The notes under the pieces: model-generated
What the model was told of the DNA's origin: nothing
The model's input: the letters and a program-made list of their open reading frames with translations, nothing else
Databases searched by the model: none
Origin: Chloropicon primus
Lineage: Eukaryota
Length of the DNA stretch: 64,000 nt
Assembly (NCBI GenBank): GCA_023205875.1
Contig: CP060756.1
Coordinates: forward strand, 310,001-374,000
Reading direction: 5' to 3'
Program-made: the position numbers and the translations under genes
Shown: piece after piece, positions 31,871-41,367 of the stretch
Position numbering within the stretch: the first letter of the stretch is position 1
Layout of the letters: every line of letters starts with the position of its first letter

Positions 31871-32470
31871 GGCTCCTCCCTGTGCCCTCCAAAAGTCCTG
31901 TCCCTGGCGAGAGGGGTACTCAAGGCGTGCACCGAATCCTTCGAGAGACGGCTCTATCGAAAGAGCACGAAACGAAGGTTCCCCTGGTCGTGTTCTTCCT
32001 CCCTTGGGTTGCCTCTGTCCCCGCCTCAAGGCGTGTCTCCTCTCGTCCTCACGTCACCAAAGCTGTCGCTTCGTCCTTGTCGTTGAGTCTGTCCTGTGAT
32101 TTGGATTCTACGGGTCTATTCATCAGTGTACACGTAGCGAGCCCACCTTGATCTTTGATTAAGGAAATATATCGTACACCCAAGACTAGACCTTGGCATG
32201 GAAATCGCTCCAGGAGAGAAAGGAGGAGGGCAGCGTCGGCTTGGCGCGGCAGGACCGAGAGGACGTCCCGTCGTTTCTGACATCGTGTTCTTTATCGCGG
32301 CGGATAGACACGATACAAGGCCAACATCGACAACGCCGACGGATTGGTTGGGTTCGTCCTTTGTCTTGTTCCAGTTCCTGCTCGTTCGAATAGGAGACAA
32401 GTTTGTTTGTGTGTTGTTTGTCGTGTGTGCGTGTGTGTGAGAGAGAGGTCCGTGTGCGAGCGTTATCACG

Positions 32471-33721
32471 ATGACAGGGGGCGACAAGGGTCGGATCGAT
32501 GCGAGGGCGGAGTTCATGCGGGCGTACCTTATCCTCGGAGTCCTCGCCCTCCTGGTTGTGGGAGCTTTCGTTGGCACCAAGTGGGAGAGGCCGTCGTCGT
32601 CCTCGTCCTCGTCGTCCTCGTCGGAGGTGGTGGAGGTGGAGACGGTCGCTGCTTCCTCAGCCTCGCTGGAGGTGCCGAAGCTGAGGACGGAGGGGCCCAA
32701 GGCGGAGGCGAGCAAGAGGAAGGCTCCGAAGCCACCGTCTCCTCCCGCGGCGGAGAAGAAGAAGAAGAAGGCCAACAAGGTCGCCAAGTCTCAGCAGGAG
32801 GAGGTGGCGGCCAAGCCTCAGCAGAAGGCGGTGGCGCCTCACCTGGACTTCTCCCAGCCCCAGCACGTTTGCCCCGGAAGCCCGACGACCAAGGGGATCA
32901 AGACGGGGGGCCCGAGGCAGAACAAGGAGGTCATCTACCGGATCCTGGACAAGCTCGGGGACGGGGAGGTGCCGGAGACCACGACGGACATGAAGGTGAT
33001 AAAGGGGGGAAACTTCGGCTTCAACAAGATCGAGTGCCCCTTCCTGACTCGGGACTGCGCGGACGTGAGGACCCACACCGGGAAGCAGGCCGCGGCGCAG
33101 ATGAAACAGAGCGGGCCCAAGTGGAACGAGACGGCCCAGAACTTCTTGGACCTCAAGCCCGGGAGCCTTGGGTCGTGCGCCCTCATCGGGAACAGCGAGA
33201 ACATGCTCAAGTACAACTGGGGCGAGAGCATCGACGCCCACGACACGGTGATCAGGCACAACACCCCGGTGGGAAAGTACGCTAAGCACGTGGGCAGCAA
33301 GGCGACGATCATTTGGGTGAAGGGGAGGTACAAGGGCGGCGGCTCCGCCAAGGCTTCCCTGGCGTACCTCCTGCCGAAGAACGTCAACGAGCTGCCGAAG
33401 AACTTCAAGAAGGACGGCAAGCCGATCTTGATCCGGGGGATCGGCGCCAAGCCCCTGGACAAGACCAAGAGGCTCCTGTACTACCTGCAGGGGGCGAACC
33501 TTCGGAGGAAGCACCCCACGGGGGGCTACAGCAGGCCCCTCAACATCATCGCCTCCCGGCTGTGCACGAGGGTCGACCTGTACGGCTTCGGGTCCAGGAA
33601 CTCCTCCGGCAAGTACTTCAAGAAGAGCGCCAAGGTGAGGCCCGCGCACATGATGGCCTTCGAGCACTGGACCTTCCGGTACATGATGTCCAAGGGCAAG
33701 CTGTGCGTGTACGGGGAGTAG
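32471..33721 (+). CDS. Glycosyltransferase family 29 (sialyltransferase-like), type II membrane protein
   Basis: N-terminal TM; CALIGNSENML...IDAHDTVIRHN...VGSKATI; PTGG...LCTRVDLYGF; HMMAFEH. Confidence 0.85.
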   Translation: MTGGDKGRIDARAEFMRAYLILGVLALLVVGAFVGTKWERPSSSSSSSSSSEVVEVETVAASSASLEVPKLRTEGPKAEASKRKAPKPPSPPAAEKKKKKANKVAKSQQEEVAAKPQQKAVAPHLDFSQPQHVCPGSPTTKGIKTGGPRQNKEVIYRILDKLGDGEVPETTTDMKVIKGGNFGFNKIECPFLTRDCADVRTHTGKQAAAQMKQSGPKWNETAQNFLDLKPGSLGSCALIGNSENMLKYNWGESIDAHDTVIRHNTPVGKYAKHVGSKATIIWVKGRYKGGGSAKASLAYLLPKNVNELPKNFKKDGKPILIRGIGAKPLDKTKRLLYYLQGANLRRKHPTGGYSRPLNIIASRLCTRVDLYGFGSRNSSGKYFKKSAKVRPAHMMAFEHWTFRYMMSKGKLCVYGE

Positions 33722-33805
33722 TGAGGAGTTTCGGTGAGGGGGAGGAGCTGGCGTGTGTACATGTATAGAGAGGCAACAGCAGCAGCAAAGCAAAGCTAGT
33801 GGAGA

Positions 33806-33838
<33 letters not shown>

Positions 33839-34683
33839 TGAAGGGATGGATGGAGGGAGAGAAGAGTAATGTCTCTATCTTCCTTTCCTTCATAACATGA
33901 CTTGTGTACTTTGATTCTATTATTTTGTGTATTTATTCATCGATTCTTTTTTTTCAACTCTGCAATGCTCTTCACCGAGGAGAGGACACGGATGGTTTGG
34001 TCTGGTTCGTGAAAGAGAAGCGATGCCCTCGTCTCCATCTCCATCTCCATCATCATCCTCTCCATCCATCCATCTTCCTCCTCCTCGTCTCCATCTCCGT
34101 CTCCACGCTCTCTGACCCTGTCTCCGCGTCTTCCAATCCCAAACTTCCAGCAAAATTCCTCAACAAGACGGGTTTTCTACTCTCGCGTACCGTTGATCTC
34201 CCCCCCTCGTGTTGTAATGCGGTTGTAAATCAAAGTGTTCTCTCGTCGCGTTCTTCCAGTTGTCTCCTCTCTCGTTCACAGGATCTCAGCGACCACGACG
34301 ATCGAGACAGAGAGAACACAGAGACACAGAGGTAAGGTTCCCGCGCGGTAAGGCTCCCGAACGCGACGGAAAGGCCTCCGTCCCGACGAAGGAGCGGAAC
34401 CGCCTCCTCGCGAGCTTTCCGTGGAACCGCCACTCGAAGGGAACGACCGCTGAAACGTTGGAGTTTTTTGTTTTTGTTTTTGTTTTTGTGTCCTTTGGTT
34501 CTTGGACGCAGACTGTTGCTCTGTTTGGCAAGAGGATTGAAGGGGCGGCGAAGGGAAGGGGATGATCAGACGGAAGTGAAGGGGTTCGAGACAAACTCTT
34601 TCGTTTTCTGCTTTCCTCCCTCATTTTTTTTTTTCTTTTCATTTTTTCATATTTCTTTTTTTGGCTCCTCGTCGAAGAAGAAG

Positions 34684-36576
34684 ATGACAAGAGCCACGAC
34701 GGCAAGAACAACAACAGCGAGGTTGGCCTCGTCCCGCGGTGGCGCCGTCCTTCGGAGGAGGAGCAGCAGCACCGTCCTGCCCCACCGTCGGAAGGTGACC
34801 GCCTCGAGGAGGGCGGCACCGGAGGAGGTGGAGTACGAGTACGAGCCGCAGAGGGAGGCACCACCTCTCGGCGACAACAGCAACAACAAGGTCCAGCTGG
34901 AGGCGGAGGTGGTGAGCGAGCCCGGCCTGGTTCTGGACAACTCCCCCCAGCAGGCGGTGGAGCTGGACTCCGCGGCTGACATCGCGGTGGGGGACGGCGC
35001 GGCCCCGGCCTACGACGCGGTGCATTCGGAGGCCAAGTACGTGGAGATACAGAAGGGCCACCAGGAGGAGCCGGACGTGTTCGGGGTGGTGCGGCCCCAG
35101 CAGGTGTTCGACCTGGAGGTCCTCTCGGAGGACGCAGCGGCGGAGGTCGTGATACCGAGCGGGGAGACCGAGGCGGAGGTCGTCCTGCAGGAGGCCGCCG
35201 CGCCCCTCGTCGGCGAGCCGGAGCCCGCCTCCCTGGATACCCTGCTGTCGCCCAAGCCCTCGAGGATGACGCTCCAGCAGGTTCTGGCCTTCAGCATCCC
35301 CGCCCTGGCGGGGATCATGACGGACCCCCTCATGTCCTTCGTGGACACGGCCTGCGTGGGCAGGATGTCCTCGACGGAGCTCGCGGCCATGGGGCCGAAC
35401 ACGGCCATCTACAACTTTGTGCTCCAGATCTTCACGTGCTTCATCGTGTACACGTGCAGCATGGTCTCCAAGCTCAGCTCCAAGGCCGAGCACGACAAGG
35501 TGTTCGAGCTGGTGTCCCACGCCCTGTTCCTCGGGGTCGCGACGGGGGTCCTCGTGGCCGCGGGCCTGATCGGCTTCTCCACGCCGCTCCTGGCTTCCAT
35601 GGACACGCTCCCCGAGCTGATGGCGCCGGCGGCGTCCTACCTCAAGATAAGGGCGCTGTCCATGCCGGCGGTCCTCGTCTGCATGGTCTCCGGGGCCTTC
35701 TGCCTGGGCAGGAAGGACAGCAAGACGCCCCTCCTGGTGGCGATCGCGTCCACGATCACGAACCTCCTGGGGGACATCGTGCTCATCTTCGGCCCGGCCA
35801 AGATGGGTATCACGGGGGCGGCCTTGGCCACCGCGGCATCGGTCTACGTCGGGGCGGCCTACTTTTTGTGGAAGGTCGGCAGCCAGATCCCCCTCAGGCT
35901 GTCGGTCCCCGGCCTGAAGGACATCAAGCCCTTCTTGACGACGAGCTCCATGCTAACGATCAGGAACTGCAGCATCATGTTCAACTTTGTGGCCATGACG
36001 ATGTTCGCGGGGACGTATGGGGCGGTGGCCACGGCCTGCCACCAGGTGGCGATCTCCGTCTTCATGATCGGGAACCTCGCGGCAGAGCCCTTCTCGCAGT
36101 GCGCCCAGTCCTTCCTGGCGTCCATCGGGTCCCTGAAGCGCAGGAGCCAGGAGGAGCACGCTTACCTCGTGGGGGCGATGAAGCTCCTCACGGTTACCAC
36201 GTTCGTGTGCGGCGCCGCGATGTGCCTGTTCACCGGGGGGATGTGCAGCATCCCCGCCCTGTTCACCACGGACGCGGTCATCGGGACCAAGGTTGGGCTC
36301 GCGGCCCCCATCGTCGGGGTGGCGGTCTGGCTCTCCTGCGTCAACTGCGTCAGCGACGGCTTCATCTTCGCGAACCAGGACTACAACTACGGCGCCCTCC
36401 TGGCGGTGCTGAACATCCCGGTCCTCCTGTTCATCCTCCAGACCGCGGGGAAGCTCGGGTTCGGCTGGGTGTCCGTCTGGATCGGAATGGCCGCTTTCTA
36501 CGCCATCAGGCTTACCGAGAACACGGTGAGGATCTTGTACCTGAACAAGAAGAGGCTCGCTGCGAAGGAAGCCTGA
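34684..36576 (+). CDS. MATE (DinF/DTX-like) transporter, probably plastid-targeted
   Basis: FSIPALAGIMTDPLMSFVDTACVGR, ELAAMGP, YLKIRALSMPA, KDSKTPL, GAALAT, HQV; Arg/Ser/Thr-rich transit peptide. Confidence 0.92.
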   Translation: MTRATTARTTTARLASSRGGAVLRRRSSSTVLPHRRKVTASRRAAPEEVEYEYEPQREAPPLGDNSNNKVQLEAEVVSEPGLVLDNSPQQAVELDSAADIAVGDGAAPAYDAVHSEAKYVEIQKGHQEEPDVFGVVRPQQVFDLEVLSEDAAAEVVIPSGETEAEVVLQEAAAPLVGEPEPASLDTLLSPKPSRMTLQQVLAFSIPALAGIMTDPLMSFVDTACVGRMSSTELAAMGPNTAIYNFVLQIFTCFIVYTCSMVSKLSSKAEHDKVFELVSHALFLGVATGVLVAAGLIGFSTPLLASMDTLPELMAPAASYLKIRALSMPAVLVCMVSGAFCLGRKDSKTPLLVAIASTITNLLGDIVLIFGPAKMGITGAALATAASVYVGAAYFLWKVGSQIPLRLSVPGLKDIKPFLTTSSMLTIRNCSIMFNFVAMTMFAGTYGAVATACHQVAISVFMIGNLAAEPFSQCAQSFLASIGSLKRRSQEEHAYLVGAMKLLTVTTFVCGAAMCLFTGGMCSIPALFTTDAVIGTKVGLAAPIVGVAVWLSCVNCVSDGFIFANQDYNYGALLAVLNIPVLLFILQTAGKLGFGWVSVWIGMAAFYAIRLTENTVRILYLNKKRLAAKEA

Positions 36577-36698
36577 GCGAGCGTAAGGAGGTGGAGGTGG
36601 AGGTGGAGGGGTGTACATCGGGAAAGAAGAAAGGGGTATTATTTTTATTTTTGTGTGTAATATAGTTTGTTCCTCCAAACAAAGCTCGCGCGTGCGTG

Positions 36699-37131
36699 CT
36701 ACCAAAGGTCTTTGGCGCTCTTTCGAAGGGCCCTCCTGCTCAGCCTGGACGACTTCTGGGTCGTGATCCTGTCCGTGACGGCCAGGGCCTTGCTGATGCC
36801 TTTCGCCTTCCTCCTCTTGGCCGACCTCTTCGCTCCCTTCATCATGTGCTCCCCCTTCTTCCTCGCCACCGGAATCTCCACCCCGCCGCTCTCCAGGCCT
36901 TCCATCCCGTCGCCGCCTACCGGCCCAGTCTTCCACTCGCTCGCCGTCGCCGTCGTCGTCGCCATGTTGTGGTCCCCATCAGCATCTGAGAAAAACAAAC
37001 AGCAAAGAAAAAAAAGAGAGAGAAGTGTGTGTGTGTGTGAGCGCGTGCGTTGGCACCAAGTCCCCTTCCCGCCCCCTTCAGTCCCTGGTCGCGTCCTTAC
37101 CCTTCTCCTTCCTCTTCCTCCGCTTCGGCAT
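36699..37131 (-). CDS. Small basic protein, possibly an Alb1/Ecm1-like ribosome biogenesis factor; exons 37131-37101 and 36985-36699
   Basis: MPKRRKRKEK|DADGDH...RRKAKGISKALAVTDRITTQKS...KSAKDLW*; GTAAGG..CAG intron; family call is tentative. Confidence 0.55.
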
Positions 37132-37273
37132 GGTGCCCCTCTCTCTGACCAGAGTCACCCGGTTCGACACCGAACACGCCAGCATTGGTGTCATCCGTGG
37201 TGCTGGATTGGCGATGGCGATGGCGATGGATTGCGATGGATTGCGATGGATTGCGATGGTGATTTAATCATCA

Positions 37274-39007
37274 TCAGGGGTCTTCCAGGGGGTCCAAAGG
37301 CGCGTCCTCGCACTCGTAGTTCTCCACCTCGAAGAGCTCCCACATTTTGATGCCGCACTTGTCGTGGGCTCGCTCGATCCTTTCGAGCTGACTCCGGTCG
37401 TCCGGCCAGCGTCCCGTGCGGGAGACGAAGACGGCGCCCGTGTACGCCTGGCCCGCGGCCGAGGCGGCTCCGGAGTAGTAGAGCACGGCCCAGGACAGGT
37501 CGTCCGCGGCGTCGGCGATCCTCCAGTACTCGTCGGAGATCACCCCGTTGTCCAGCACGCTGAAGTGGAACGTCCCCGGGGAACGCCCCCGCCTCACTCG
37601 GTAGTGCCTCCTCCGCCACACCAGGTCCCCGTCGAACGTGCGGGCCTGGAACACGGGGTCGTACCAGAAGCTCCTCTTGCGCTTCCCCCTGTAAAAGATC
37701 TGGTGCTGGTTCGGGAACACGTCGTACGCCGCGTTCTGGCCCGTGACGACCTTCCAGGAGTGGCGCTCCTCGCCCAGCCAGCCGATGAGGATCTGATCCG
37801 GCGACGACGACGACGACGACGAGAGGACGGGATGGGGATGGCGACGAAGATGAAGATGGAGATGGAGAGTCAAGTCAGTCTCAGTCTCAGTCTCTGCCGA
37901 ACGAACGAGCGAGCGAATCGCGCGCCAGCCACTCACTTCCTCGGCGACCTCGTGGGTCAGGGCGGATCCCCTGAACTCGTGCATGGGCTCCACCTCGGGG
38001 AGCCTCGGCACCTTGGCGGACTTTCGCATGCAGTTGTGCTTCTGCAGCACGCACTTGGAGAACTTCTCGAAGAGCTCGGACTCGTAGCTCACGATGCACT
38101 GGTAGCTGCAGACTTGGTCGTTCAGGCCGCAGCCCGCGAGGCAGTCCAGGGCCGCCCGGCAGGTCTCGTCCGACACGCAGTCCCAGACCTCCCTGCCGCA
38201 GTTGGTGAGCATGCACCAGACGAGCGGCAGGGAGGACCCCCCCGAGGCGTCCATGGAGACCCTGGGCACCGGCCGGACGCACGCGTCGATCAGGACGAGG
38301 ACGAGGTACAGGAGGTCGTCCGCGCTCTTCCTCTCGTAGAGCGTGCGGACCGTCTCCAGCAGCAGAGCTCTCTTTCTTCTGGCGGTGGTGGTTTGCACCG
38401 CCACGTTTGATGCAAGAGCCCCAGAGCCCAGGCTCACGACCGAGGTGGTCGGGGAGGGGCAGGAGGAGAGCCCCAAGGCGGAGGGGGAGACGTCCACGCA
38501 GATCACCAGGTCGAAAGAGGAGAAGGAGGAGACGTCTTCGTCTTCGTCGTCTTCGTCCAGCCCCATCCCCGTCTGTGGTGCCGCGACTGTGGTGAGGCGG
38601 TAGGACGCGTCCGTCCACCTCAGGAGGTCCGCGAGGTGGCGGAACACCGAGGACCACGTGGGCGGGGAACGCTGCAGGATGGCGGGGTACCTGAAGTGGG
38701 AGAGGTGGTGGTGGTGGTGGTCATCCTCCTCCTCGCGATCAACATCCGCGGGGACGACCGCCAGGATGTTGACGATCGGTTCCGACGGTGCGTTCGCCGA
38801 AGAAGATGAAGAAGATGAAGATGATGATGTTGTTGATGATGAAGAAGATGAAGATGGTGAAGCAGCAGCAGGTCTGTGAAGATGTTGGTGATGACGCTGG
38901 TGCGTGGTGGTCACGGCACGAAGGCGGTGGTGCAGGTTGTTGTTGTGGTGATGGTGACGGTGATGGTGAAGACGCCTCGACGACCGCGCGAGGGTGGACC
39001 TCCTCAT
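37274..39007 (-). CDS. VDR: Violaxanthin de-epoxidase-related protein; intron 37936-37793
   Basis: Cys-rich CMLTNCGRE...CLAGC...DQVCSYQCIVSYES...FSKCVLQKHNC; lipocalin domain WKVVTGQNAAYDVFPNQHQIF, WRRRHY, DNGVISDEYW. Confidence 0.9.
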   Translation of the reverse strand: MRRSTLARSSRRLHHHRHHHHNNNLHHRLRAVTTTHQRHHQHLHRPAAASPSSSSSSSTTSSSSSSSSSSANAPSEPIVNILAVVPADVDREEEDDHHHHHLSHFRYPAILQRSPPTWSSVFRHLADLLRWTDASYRLTTVAAPQTGMGLDEDDEDEDVSSFSSFDLVICVDVSPSALGLSSCPSPTTSVVSLGSGALASNVAVQTTTARRKRALLLETVRTLYERKSADDLLYLVLVLIDACVRPVPRVSMDASGGSSLPLVWCMLTNCGREVWDCVSDETCRAALDCLAGCGLNDQVCSYQCIVSYESELFEKFSKCVLQKHNCMRKSAKVPRLPEVEPMHEFRGSALTHEVAEEVSGWRAIRSLVRSAETETETDLTLHLHLHLRRHPHPVLSSSSSSSPDQILIGWLGEERHSWKVVTGQNAAYDVFPNQHQIFYRGKRKRSFWYDPVFQARTFDGDLVWRRRHYRVRRGRSPGTFHFSVLDNGVISDEYWRIADAADDLSWAVLYYSGAASAAGQAYTGAVFVSRTGRWPDDRSQLERIERAHDKCGIKMWELFEVENYECEDAPLDPLEDP

Positions 39008-39353
39008 GACGACGAGAGCCTCGCCTCTGCTTCCGACGAGAGCGAGAGCCTCTGCACTTTTGCACTTTTTCTGGGCTTTTGCCTCTTTCACCGAATTCCC
39101 ACATTCCCGGTTCGCCGAGAGAATCTAATCTTGGCTGAGTCATGACACGGGGATTTCTACACACCGATCGTCTCCCAAAAAACCCCCGAAACGAACACGT
39201 GGGCCCTTGGAGTAGAAATCGTGTGTTACAAAAAAGATCAAAAACGATAAGGTCGACGTGTTTTGGAACGCCAAGAGAGAGAGAGAGAGAAAACGAAAGA
39301 CCTCGTCGACCAAGATCAAACGACGGAAACCAAACCACGAACAACAGCAACAA

Positions 39354-39391
<38 letters not shown>

Positions 39392-39392
<1 letters not shown>

Positions 39393-39739
39393 TGAGAGCA
39401 GCACTTTCTTGTTCTCCACCTTCTACTTTTCTTTGTTCCACCACTTGTTCAGGTTCCGCTTCTTCTTGTCGAGTGGTGACGCGTGCTGTGCTCAAGCCCC
39501 CGAGTGGGAAGGCGACCGGGAAGGGGCCGAGGGATGACCTGTTTCGGACGAAGAACGCGTCCGCGTTGGCGTACCAGAGCGACGGGGCTCTCGTGGACGC
39601 CAAGGGCTTGAAGAGGGCGAGCGCTCTCGAGCAGGTGTCTTCGGTGACGTCCGCGTACAGGGCTCTGTTGTCCACGGAGGACGACTACGAAAACGCAGGG
39701 GACACTGTCTTCCCCACGCCCTCCCCTTACCTGATGTAA
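39392..39739 (+). CDS. Small uncharacterised protein with plastid-transit-like N-terminus
   Basis: MRAALSCSPPSTF...CRVVTRA; typical codon usage; TGTAA overlaps the stop. Confidence 0.55.
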
Positions 39740-39962
39740 AACCACCACCAGCCAAAGGAGCAACCAGCCAAAGGAGCAACCAAGAAAAGAAAAACCTGCC
39801 TTGCCTGCCTGATGTAAACCACCCTCTCCGGGCTAGCTTGCCTTTGTGTAAAAATAAAAATTACGAACCACAAAAAACATCAAAGAAGAAAGCTCACGCA
39901 AGAATTCAATCAATCACATAAAACAACGACAAGCGTTACACCACCACCACCACCACCTCCTC

Positions 39963-40484
39963 CTACTCGTTCACCTTCTGGCCGGTCTTCTCGCTGGGGA
40001 GGGGCTTGTTGAACCCGCCCTTGCGGTTCATGTACTGCCTGGCCTGCCTGGTGGACTGGACCTTGACCGCCCCGGTGTTCCTGTTGCCCTCCACCTCCTC
40101 CCCCTTGGTGGTGTCAAAGGAGCCGAAGCCCATCAGCCTCATCATGGCCTGCTCCTCGTCCTCGTCCTCGGCCACCAACGCCTGATTCACGAATTGGTTT
40201 TGATTCTCCTGAATCTTCTCCTTCTGCTGCTGGGAAGGCAACTCCCCCCTTCTCTTCTTCTCCTGGTGCTCCCTCCTCTCCCTCTCCCTCTCCAGGGACC
40301 TCTCCCTCTCCCTCCGGTCCCTCCTGTCGTACGGCGAGGGGGACCTCCTTCGGCCGCGCCCCCGGTGGTCCCTGCCGTAGGACGGGGACCTGGACCTGGA
40401 CCTGGAACGACCCCTGTCCCTGTACCCGCCCCCCCCCCTGCGCCACCCCTCGTCCCTCTCCCACCTCCCCCTGCCGTGCTCCAT
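39963..40484 (-). CDS. SNRNP27: U4/U6.U5 tri-snRNP 27 kDa protein
   Basis: RS-rich N-terminus; [15 protein letters not shown]...[17 protein letters not shown]. Confidence 0.93.
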   Translation of the reverse strand: MEHGRGRWERDEGWRRGGGGYRDRGRSRSRSRSPSYGRDHRGRGRRRSPSPYDRRDRRERERSLERERERREHQEKKRRGELPSQQQKEKIQENQNQFVNQALVAEDEDEEQAMMRLMGFGSFDTTKGEEVEGNRNTGAVKVQSTRQARQYMNRKGGFNKPLPSEKTGQKVNE

Positions 40485-40501
40485 CTCTCCCTCTCTCTCT
40501 C

Positions 40502-40731
40502 TCACGACGTCCTCCTCCCTCCTTGCTGGACCTTCTCCTGCAGGAACTGGGCCACGGCCTTGTTGTGGGCGTACGTCTGGTCGAAATGCACGACCCAGGA
40601 CGCCGGGCACTCGCTCTCGTACGCCTTCCTGCTCTTGGCGCACGACCGAGGAACGGCGTCGCCTTTTGAATTGGAACAAACAAACAAACACAACAACAAC
40701 GCAAGATGGAGAGAGAGAAAGAGATCACAGT

Positions 40732-40762
<31 letters not shown>

Positions 40763-41081
40763 AGAAGAAGAAGAAAGGTGGGGCGAGTGCTTTCCACTGG
40801 TTGTTTTCCGCTCACCTCTCCGCCAGTCGGGGACTCCGCTGTCCTCCAAGCACTTGTAAAACGCGTCTCGCGCCTGCACACACACACACACACACACGAA
40901 CCAATCCATGATGCACGAATCGATCGTTCAGGAGGAAGGGGGTCAGTCGTTTCGTTTCGTTGTGGTCTTTCCGATTCGGGGGTGGATGTGTCTTCGCTCC
41001 TCTCCCTCTCTCGTGACTCACGTCGTGGCACGCTCGCCGCCCCTTGCGCCTCGCGAACTGCTTCACCTCCTCGACCGTCAT
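40502..41081 (-). CDS. COA6: Cytochrome c oxidase assembly factor 6 / COX6B-like twin-Cys protein, 92 aa; exons 41081-41022, 40873-40816, 40662-40502
   Basis: [18 protein letters not shown]...[20 protein letters not shown] (CX9C...CX10C). Confidence 0.85.
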
Positions 41082-41367
41082 CCACCCACCACGCGAGGAA
41101 CAAAATAAAACAAAAACCTGCAGAAAGCTGAGAGCTTGAGCTTGAGCTTTGGCTTTGGCTTGATGGATGGTGAAGATGATTGAAGGAGAGGGATGAGATG
41201 ATGGTGATGGATACGTCGTAGTACAAAAACACGACGCCGGGCGTCCGGTTCGTTTCATTTACACGCAAGGGCATTGTTGTTATCCTAAAAATACAAAACG
41301 GGTTTCTCTCTCCAAAATCCATCCATCCGTGCCATCCATGCCATCCATGCCATCCATGCCATCCATG

